A stretch of DNA of 64,000 bases from contig JAHJLF010000053.1 of assembly GCA_018821925.1 (NCBI GenBank), positions 495-64,494 on the forward strand, given 5' to 3'. This DNA comes from Candidatus Edwardsbacteria bacterium. Lineage in GTDB: Bacteria; Edwardsbacteria; AC1; EtOH8. Below are positions 10,171-17,013 of this stretch, piece by piece; the first letter of the stretch is position 1; each line of letters begins with the position of its first letter. Position numbers and translations under genes: made by a program. The notes below the pieces were generated by a model that saw only the letters and a program-made list of their open reading frames with translations, was not told where the DNA came from and made no database searches.

Positions 10171-10608
10171 TTATGGATTGACCGGCGAGCCTTTTCGGGC
10201 CCTCTCGCCGTTGATGGCGGCATCATAATCGTTATACACCTGCTCCTTGATGTTGTTTACAAATGCCGGAGAAAGTGGGTACCGGGCGGTCTCCAGATCC
10301 TTGATATTCTTATCGTAGTGATCCTTAATCGTTCGGAATGCATTTTTACGCATATCGTCATTGTCAAGCAAGCCGTTCTGATGGTTCATTGCTCCCCGGT
10401 AGATATCCTGCCATACTGTCTGTTTGTTATCAAAACCGCCGGCATCCAGCACCTGCATGGTGGCGCAGGTGTCTATAACCGTAATGTGGGCCTGCTTTAA
10501 ATTTTCCAGGTGCTGGACAGTGGCGGCATCGTATGGCGCCAGCTTGCACCCGCCGATCAGCAAAAATAGCGAGATCGTCAAAGTGATAAAAGTTATTTTC
10601 CTGAACAT
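10171..10608 (-). CDS. Hypothetical lipoprotein (145 aa)
   Basis: Signal peptide plus lipobox LIGGC; a GGAG RBS; the conserved leader element is immediately upstream. Confidence 0.6.
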   Translation of the reverse strand: MFRKITFITLTISLFLLIGGCKLAPYDAATVQHLENLKQAHITVIDTCATMQVLDAGGFDNKQTVWQDIYRGAMNHQNGLLDNDDMRKNAFRTIKDHYDKNIKDLETARYPLSPAFVNNIKEQVYNDYDAAINGERARKGSPVNP

Positions 10609-10620
10609 TCCCCGCTCCTT

Positions 10621-10670
10621 TTTGTTTTAGTTTTATCGTTTTCCCAGCCGCCCCAAAGTCGCCTTGTTTC
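10621..10670 (-). promoter_or_regulatory. Conserved 42-nt leader/promoter-proximal element, copy 2 (upstream of the lipoprotein gene)
   Basis: tttgttttagttttatcgttttcccagccgccccaaagtcgccttgttt aligns to 9761-9803. Confidence 0.5.
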
Positions 10671-11010
10671 CCATTCACCGCCATCGCCACCATTTTCGCG
10701 TATTTCGCGGGCAACCACCCCTAACCCCTTGCAATACAACCTTTTTCCCTTTGGAAATCTCCGGTTTTTCCTAAGAAATCTCCGATATTTCCCGCCGGAT
10801 CGGGTCCCTTTCCTTTCCCTTCCGCCCCATTTCTTGGGAAAAATACCTTTTTACCCCGGAAATGCACCCCATTACCCGAGGGACCGGCTCCCTCACCTGG
10901 GAAAAATGCCCCATCCCATTTACCGCCGGGCGTTTTACCCCTTCCGGCAGTTCTTTGGCCATGGCCAGGGGATCCCTGTCCTTTGGGAGGAAGCCGGTTT
11001 CCTTTACTTT

Positions 11011-11376
11011 TTAGGCTCTGACCGTCCGTTTGCCGCGGGCCTTTTCGTTGACCATCTGGCCCCTGAGCTGTTTTATCCTTAAGGCCAGCGGGGCGTTCTT
11101 GCCTATCACCCCCACCATGGCGTCGGCCAGGGACGAAGCCTGCACATAGGCGGCATCCAGCGACTTGGTGGCTTTGTCGGTGGCCTTGACCAGTTCGGCC
11201 TTTAGGGCCTCCTGCTTCATGTCGTCCTCCACCGAGGTTTTGAGGGCCGCGTTCATGGCGGTCAGCTTGACGCTGGGATCGAATCCCGAGGCCTTCAGGC
11301 CGGCCAGGTTGTCCTTCAGCATCTGGGCCATCATCTGAACGAAGGCCGATTTCTGGGCGTAGGTTAAACCAGGCAT
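11011..11376 (-). CDS. Hypothetical alpha-helical protein (121 aa)
   Basis: ORF with good coding appearance. Confidence 0.5.
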   Translation of the reverse strand: MPGLTYAQKSAFVQMMAQMLKDNLAGLKASGFDPSVKLTAMNAALKTSVEDDMKQEALKAELVKATDKATKSLDAAYVQASSLADAMVGVIGKNAPLALRIKQLRGQMVNEKARGKRTVRA

Positions 11377-11664
11377 AGGTCTCCTTTTGTTGGGTTGTTA
11401 TTTATTCCGGGCGCCGCCCGGGTTGTTTGCATCGCGGATACGACACGGCGTCAGTTTAAAGGCATGGGGCAGGTGTTACAAAAGAAAGGCAACGGTGTCT
11501 TTAGGTCCTGGTTTCCCTCTTCCGAGGGAATGACATGGCGGGTTTATTGGTATGTCCCGGGCGAAAGACCTTTCGCCCCTACGTTATTCCCCCTCCCGGA
11601 ACCTGTCCTGAGGTATGCATATATGTGTCTGTCGAAGGATTGGAGGGGGTCAGGGGGAGGTCAG

Positions 11665-11982
11665 TCAAAAACACAAATGTAAAACCTCGCCGCACTTGGG
11701 ACAGGTGGGCTTATCGGCTATTTTATCGGAGACCATATACCCCAGCCCGGTGCCGGCCACCAGGCCCATCACGGAAAACGGCACGGCGGCCGGCAGGCCG
11801 CCTCCCCGGGAGGCGATCCCCAGGGATAAACCGGCCAGGCCCCCGGCTATCCCCAAAACCAGGGCGCTACCGGTGGTTATGATGGTGCGCCCCTTATAGC
11901 TCCGATAGGCAAAAACATTGGTGCGGCAATGCGGGCATATTATCTGGGCCATATTTTTCATCATGATCTTCCCTTCAGTCAT
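11665..11982 (-). CDS. Small membrane protein with a split zinc ribbon (CxxC...CxxC) and a glycine-zipper TM segment (105 aa)
   Basis: CPHC...CPKC pair flanking a G-rich hydrophobic region. Confidence 0.55.
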   Translation of the reverse strand: MTEGKIMMKNMAQIICPHCRTNVFAYRSYKGRTIITTGSALVLGIAGGLAGLSLGIASRGGGLPAAVPFSVMGLVAGTGLGYMVSDKIADKPTCPKCGEVLHLCF

Positions 11983-12239
11983 TTTATATATTTTATGAAA
12001 TTAAAATCAATATCACCCCGTTCCCCGCCTTCGGCAATTTTGCCGTACCAAACATAAGCCGGTCGTTTTGGCTGTGCCAAAATGATCGGCCGGGGTATGG
12101 CTTGCCCACCTAGATAAGCACCCTGCTAATGGCGGGGGGCGGTTGGCGGCATCGGACATCGGATAAAAAGACATGCCGCAAATAATGGATCCTATCACCA
12201 TGTTTTCTTTTCTATCAACATTAGCTGGAGCGCCCCCAG

Positions 12240-12440
12240 GACTTCTCTTTGTTACTTTCTCTTGGTCACAAGAGAAAGTAAGGCAAGAAGCTTATCACCT
12301 GTCTGTTCTTTTTCTTTTTTGTGCCGCACCTCTCCCCTACCCCTCTCCTAAAGCATTAGGAGAGGGAAGGGTGAGGTCAAGAGAAAGTAAGTCAGGGTGC
12401 CCTGGATTCCCGATCAGGTCGGGAATGACAGTATAGCCGG
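12240..12440. repeat. Nested palindromic MITE/REP-like element
   Basis: A 13-bp perfect inverted repeat ttactttctcttg/caagagaaagtaa, with caagagaaagtaa recurring, flanks a copy of the 'cacctctcccctacccctctcctaaagcattaggagagggaagggtgaggtc' hairpin module. That module is also found at 56994-57046. Confidence 0.55.
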
Positions 12441-12507
12441 GCATTACAGCCAAGGGCGGGGTTGACCCCCGCCCCTGCGATATTCTCCTATCGGCCTTTA
12501 TGAGTGA

Positions 12508-13113
12508 TCACCTGGCGTATTCGCTCTGGCCGGCGAAGCCCTCCATCCGCATCAGGCCCTGCGCCTTTTCCAGCCGGCGCTGCAGATCGGCGGTCTGGCT
12601 TCTCATATCATCCAACCGCAGATCCCGGGCCCGCAGTTTTTTCAGGATATAATCCAGGTTCTGGTAATGGAAATAGTTTTTCAGGTAGTGGCCCATGTTT
12701 AGGTCGTTTACCAAGCTGTCGAACAGGGCAAAGCCGGGCTCCCTCCGGCCATCGTCGCTTAAATTCCTCCAGATATCCCTCTTGGTCTGGCCCCGGCAGC
12801 AGTAGAGGATCCACCGCTCCAGATACAATTCCCGGGCCAGGGCCAGGGCGTCGTTCCGAGCCTTATGCAGCTGGCCCTCCACGATAGCCAGCTCGCTGAA
12901 GATGTTTATCGGCGCCCAGAGATAGGCCTCGTTGAGGCCCCGGTCGGTCTCCTCGAGGAACGAACTGAGCTGATAGCGCTGTTTGCACTGATTGCAGTTC
13001 ATCTCCCAGTGTTCGTCAAAGGGCCCATTATCGTCGTGATAGAGGTTGACCGTGAAATAGCTCTTGCCGCAGGGGCATTTGTACTTTTGCATTTGATTGC
13101 CTGAAAACGCCAT
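12508..13113 (-). CDS. Hypothetical Cys-containing protein (about 201 aa). The track ORF extends to 13281 by reading through the tandem repeats.
   Basis: The internal ATG at 13111-13113 is preceded by a GGAGG RBS 7 nt upstream; the upstream extension is made of repeat DNA. Confidence 0.5.
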   Translation of the reverse strand: MAFSGNQMQKYKCPCGKSYFTVNLYHDDNGPFDEHWEMNCNQCKQRYQLSSFLEETDRGLNEAYLWAPINIFSELAIVEGQLHKARNDALALARELYLERWILYCCRGQTKRDIWRNLSDDGRREPGFALFDSLVNDLNMGHYLKNYFHYQNLDYILKKLRARDLRLDDMRSQTADLQRRLEKAQGLMRMEGFAGQSEYAR

Positions 13114-13149
13114 GCTGAAGCCTCCATTATTTATTGATGCTTGCCGTGC

Positions 13150-13380
13150 TGATCCCTGTTCTCTGTCTCCTGTCCCCTGACATCTGTCATCTATTCCCTC
13201 TGATCTGTTCCCTGTCCCCTGACATCTGTCATCTATTCCCTTTGATCTGTCCACTGTCCACTGTCCCCTGACATCTGTCATCTATTCCCTCTGATCTGTT
13301 CCCTGTCCCCTGACATCTGTCATCTATTCCCTCTGATCTGTCCACTGTCCACTGTCCACTGCCCCCTGTCCCCTGTTCCC
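13150..13380. repeat. Tandem-repeat array, about 4-5 copies of a 42-bp unit (ctgtcccctgacatctgtcatctattccctctgatctgttcc) with ctgtccact sub-repeats
   Basis: Copies are contiguous, not spacer-separated; the array sits immediately upstream of the 12508-13113 gene. Confidence 0.8.
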
Positions 13381-13383
13381 TGG

Positions 13384-13665
13384 CTACAGCTTGGTCTCCC
13401 CGTTCTGCTCCAGATCGTACAGGGCCCTGAGGCCGTAATAGAAGCGCTCCCGCTCCAGAGCCTTCTCCCATTCCCTTAGCAGGGGGACCGCGTCTAAGCT
13501 TTTTTCCTTGAGTTTGGCGCCCAGCTCTGCCTGTTTTTTCTTCCGGGTGTCCTGGGCCGATTTGACCCAGGCATAGGGAACCGCCTTGCCTTTGCCGCGG
13601 AGCATCAGATAGGCTTCTGAGGCGTTCCCCCCGGTGGTTTCAAAAAGACCCGGCTTGCCGTTCAT
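13384..13665 (-). CDS. Hypothetical protein (93 aa)
   Basis: ORF only. Confidence 0.45.
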   Translation of the reverse strand: MNGKPGLFETTGGNASEAYLMLRGKGKAVPYAWVKSAQDTRKKKQAELGAKLKEKSLDAVPLLREWEKALERERFYYGLRALYDLEQNGETKL

Positions 13666-13686
13666 TTTGATCCTTTCTGATTTTGG

Positions 13687-13983
13687 TTAAATGGTTTGGT
13701 TGACCATCAGGACATTTCCGCCCGGCTGGATCCGGTGGTGGCACTCCCGGCAGATGATGTCGCAATTGGCGGCCACGTCGATTATTCCATTGACTAACTT
13801 TACCCGGTGATGCCCCAGCCAGCCCTCCGCCTCATGCAGCTGGCCGTGCTTCTCCCAGTGAAGATCGCGGCAGCAGGGAACCTTCTCCCCGCCAATGATC
13901 CTGGTTGACTCGCATTTTCCCCCGGCCCGTTGCCAAGCCTGCTTAAGGGTTTGTTCCGAAAATAGCATGCCTTTTCCTTTCAA
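13687..13983 (-). CDS. Small stand-alone HNH endonuclease (98 aa), paralog of 9495-9746
   Basis: FSEQTLKQAWQRAGGKCES...HH...N...CRECHH; the N-terminal 25 aa are nearly identical to the other copy. Confidence 0.8.
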   Translation of the reverse strand: MKGKGMLFSEQTLKQAWQRAGGKCESTRIIGGEKVPCCRDLHWEKHGQLHEAEGWLGHHRVKLVNGIIDVAANCDIICRECHHRIQPGGNVLMVNQTI

Positions 13984-14350
13984 GTATGTTTTGTTTCTTT
14001 TTTAAAATCATTTCCCCACACTTGGGGAAGAACCGAGGCGGCAAAAGGACCTGCACTAGATTTGCTTTTGTTTTTCTATAAATTAGGCTGGGAGGCAGAT
14101 TTACGCTGATATCCGCAGATACCCTCTTTGTTCATTATTATAAATCTTTAAACCAAAGTTTACTAACGACCAAAAGCGTCCGGTTTCTTGGCTTTTTTGG
14201 GTTTCTGAAATTCATAACTTCGGGTTTGTTTTGAGCTTCGATATTCGTATTTTGGATTTGCCAACCGTCAGTAAATCATTAAAATCTGCGTTTATCTGCA
14301 TCCAAAGATTGAAATTCCTGTACATAAATGTGACGGGTGCAATCATCCCG

Positions 14351-15595
14351 TCAGAACCTGTAGATGGGCTCCCGGTCCAGCTTGTCCACCTGGTCGATGG
14401 TGAATTTGGGCAGCTGCTCTATGTCCGTCAGCTTGAACTCGGTCCGCACGGTCTTGATTACCCTTCCTGTCAGGAATGATATCACCAGGTCCTGGATCAG
14501 GTCGTAGGCGCAGAACGAGGCGTGAAACCCGGCGATCTTTCCCAGGTCCAGCTCCCAATCGCCCAGCTTCTTCTTGGTAACACAGACCTGGTAGATGCCC
14601 TCACAATAGGTGCTGACCGCCGGCACCACGCCGTCGCCGATGGGATCGCAGCGGTCGTCCCGGGGGAAATTGTAATCCACCGGGTTGCGGCTGCCGACAT
14701 TCACCGACCGCAGGGTCCTCTCCCCCTTGCCGTAGACCATCAAAACATTTTTTTGAAATTCCGGGGAGAAATCCCGGGCGTTGCGGTAATAACTGTAGCT
14801 ATTGCCCAGGTGACGGGCCAGCGCCTCTGGTCCTATCTGGGCGGCCACATTGTCCTGCCATCTGGAGGGATCGAAGATGTTTACCGGCTCGCCCTTTCTC
14901 TCCACCGCCGGGCTGGGCCACAGCAAGCTCTCCTCCGGGTTGCCGAAGCCGTCGTAGGGCAGCAGATCGTATACCCCAGGCAGGGTCCGGGCAACCCGCC
15001 TCTTGCCCTTGCGGGTGAACCAGTCGAAGAACCAGGCCTCGCCCATTATCAGGTGCTTCAGGGCATATAACGAACCCCGCAGCGGCGAGGCCAGCATCAC
15101 CAGTCGGTTTATCCGGCTCTCGCCCAACAGGACCGTGGCGTAATGCTTGGCCAGGCATCCGCCCATGCTGTGGCCCACTATATTTACCTTATCCACCTTG
15201 AGCCCCCGTCTTTGGTAGATGGTATGGGCATTGCTTTTGCTGATGATCAGCTCGACAAAATCCGCCAGTTTGGCGGCGTTATGACTGATGGAGTGCCTCC
15301 AGTCGTAAGGAAACACATAGGTCCTGGCATATCCCTCCCGGTCCAGGGGCAGGCTCTCCCGCAGTTCGGCTATCATCTCGCCGTACAGCAGGGAGATCAC
15401 CTTGTTCTGGTATGCCGGCCGGTCTATCTGGCGGTCGCATCCGCCGTCATCGTCCGGCATCACCGGATCGTGATCGGTCGTCATCTTGTCGAGGGCCGGA
15501 TTGCAGGCCGCCTGGTATTCCAGCCGATGGTGGCCGGACTGGGCGGTCCCCAGGATCCCCGGAACGAAAATTATGGGATAGATATTCTGTTCCAT
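14351..15595 (-). CDS. Alpha/beta-hydrolase, lipase/esterase-like (LCAT/PGAP1-like fold)
   Basis: N-terminal IIFVPGILGT and a GHSMGG nucleophile elbow. Confidence 0.75.
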   Translation of the reverse strand: MEQNIYPIIFVPGILGTAQSGHHRLEYQAACNPALDKMTTDHDPVMPDDDGGCDRQIDRPAYQNKVISLLYGEMIAELRESLPLDREGYARTYVFPYDWRHSISHNAAKLADFVELIISKSNAHTIYQRRGLKVDKVNIVGHSMGGCLAKHYATVLLGESRINRLVMLASPLRGSLYALKHLIMGEAWFFDWFTRKGKRRVARTLPGVYDLLPYDGFGNPEESLLWPSPAVERKGEPVNIFDPSRWQDNVAAQIGPEALARHLGNSYSYYRNARDFSPEFQKNVLMVYGKGERTLRSVNVGSRNPVDYNFPRDDRCDPIGDGVVPAVSTYCEGIYQVCVTKKKLGDWELDLGKIAGFHASFCAYDLIQDLVISFLTGRVIKTVRTEFKLTDIEQLPKFTIDQVDKLDREPIYRF

Positions 15596-15617
15596 ATTAT
15601 CTTACCTTTTAAAAGAC

Positions 15618-15833
15618 TCACAGGTCGCCGGAGTTATCCTTGAACAGGCAGTACTTATGTTTGTGGTGGATCTTTTTATAGGGACAATCGCGGGAATCAC
15701 AGCAGAGGAATTTATGATCCTGATCAAAAAGTTCATATTGCCCGGCCGGGAACCGATGGCTTAGCCCGCAGACAGGATCTGCCATACGATCCGGATCCTC
15801 CATGTCTTTATTTTCATCTTTCAAAGATGTCAT
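15618..15833 (-). CDS. Small Cys/His-rich hypothetical protein (71 aa)
   Basis: The ORF overlaps the REC gene stop by 20 nt. Confidence 0.35.
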   Translation of the reverse strand: MTSLKDENKDMEDPDRMADPVCGLSHRFPAGQYELFDQDHKFLCCDSRDCPYKKIHHKHKYCLFKDNSGDL

Positions 15834-16230
15834 TTACCTTTTTTATCAAGGTTGTCATCCGGTAGGGCTTTTGCAGGAACAGTATGTCATCGCTCAATTC
15901 GCAATCCTCCTCCAGGCTTCCGGAAACGATTATCCCTTGCAGCCCAGATTTCCTTTTTTTGAATTTCTTATAAAGCTCCAAGCCGGTGGCGCCGGGGAGG
16001 ATCATATCGGCCAGCAGCAGATCAATTTCAACCCAATGCGCCATGAACAGGCGTTCCGCCACAAAGGCATCTCCAGCCGGCAAGACCTTATAGCCAGCGG
16101 AAATCAGCATTTGCGTCTCTATTTCTCTTACCGAAACCTCGTCCTCGACCAATAAAATAGTCCGGCCCCCGGCAGGCGCGCTTTTCAAATCGGGGGATGT
16201 TTCGGACATTCTTTCGTTCCGACAATTCAA
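15814..16230 (-). CDS. Stand-alone response-regulator receiver (CheY-like REC) protein
   Basis: LLVEDE...D...LLLADMILPGATG...K motifs. Confidence 0.75.
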   Translation of the reverse strand: MNCRNERMSETSPDLKSAPAGGRTILLVEDEVSVREIETQMLISAGYKVLPAGDAFVAERLFMAHWVEIDLLLADMILPGATGLELYKKFKKRKSGLQGIIVSGSLEEDCELSDDILFLQKPYRMTTLIKKVNDIFER

Positions 16231-16243
16231 AACTTGATTTTTG

Positions 16244-16432
16244 CTAATATGCCCGGGCTTCCATCCGCTCGGCCAGGACCATGGAATTCTGGTATAAAAT
16301 CATTCTTTTGGGCTGATCGATCTTGCCCAAGGCATTGATTATGATTTTATCCTTATCATGGGCCAGCACTTTACCGTAATACTCCTGCCCGTTATTGAGC
16401 AGAAAGTGATATACGTGGATCTTATCGAACAT
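16244..16432 (-). CDS. Hypothetical small protein (62 aa)
   Basis: ORF 13 nt upstream of the REC gene. Confidence 0.35.
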   Translation of the reverse strand: MFDKIHVYHFLLNNGQEYYGKVLAHDKDKIIINALGKIDQPKRMILYQNSMVLAERMEARAY

Positions 16433-16532
16433 GCCCTCTCCTTATAATAAACAGATGAAAAACAAACCGAAGCCGGATGAATCATCCGGCCCGGCGATTG
16501 CAATTGACTTTTCATGATCGAAGATATTTTAC

Positions 16533-16679
16533 TTATGGTTCTATGGGAGGAAGCGGCGGTAGTGGATTGGTCCCCGTGGTGGTTGGGGGGGGCGGGTCGT
16601 CATCGGCAACTAAATTTGCTACACCGATCGCCGAGATCAGCACTACTGCCAGTAAAATAGAACTTAGAAACTTTTTCAT
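16533..16679 (-). CDS. Putative small secreted Pro-rich peptide (48 aa)
   Basis: MKKFLSSILLAVVLISAIGVANLVADDDPPPPTTTGTNPLPPLPPIEP; signal peptide; GGAG RBS; below the size cutoff of the ORF track. Confidence 0.25.
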   Translation of the reverse strand: MKKFLSSILLAVVLISAIGVANLVADDDPPPPTTTGTNPLPPLPPIEP

Positions 16680-16830
16680 TATTACTCCAAAAATTATTGA
16701 TTTTCGATTGCTTGTTCATATATTAATACTCTCATTATCCGTGCCAAACAAAAGATTCTTCTCCGGATCAATAAATTATATTGCCCTGCAACGAGTTATG
16801 GTTTATCAAAAGAGGCTTGGTTTCAACAAT

Positions 16831-16864
16831 AAAAAAAGCCAGTGAGACATAATGTCTCACTGGC
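16831..16864 (-). terminator. Rho-independent terminator of the 1583-aa gene
   Basis: 13-bp perfect stem gccagtgagacat/atgtctcactggc followed by T7 on the minus strand. Confidence 0.65.
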
Positions 16865-17013
16865 GCATGATATAAGGTTCGATTATTTAGTTAAACCACT
16901 GTTTTTCAGTATGTTATTTAATGTGTGTCATTATGGCACACTTCAGTCCAATGTCACAGTTTTATTTTAATTCCCAGGTCAGTCCCGAGTGCCGGGTCAA
17001 TTTATAATTCCAG

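Noticed and set aside
10729-11082. 117-aa Pro/Phe-rich ORF and an overlapping 63-aa minus-strand ORF
   Set aside because: They are translations of the degenerate GGAAA-type repeat region; there is no RBS and composition is biased.
13150-13380. Possible CRISPR array
   Set aside because: The repeat units are directly contiguous (a minisatellite) with no unique spacers, and no cas genes are nearby.
12508-13471. Repeat-containing protein N-termini (the 257-aa track ORF and the 13229-13471 ORF, both with GIDDRCQGTGNRSE repeats)
   Set aside because: These are most likely read-through of the 42-bp tandem array, which is a multiple of 3 and stop-free in one frame per strand. A strong RBS precedes the internal ATG at 13113.
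16477-16845. 122-aa plus-strand ORF with a Gly/Ser-rich N-terminus
   Set aside because: It has no RBS and overlaps the better-supported minus-strand signal-peptide mini-ORF and the terminator hairpin.
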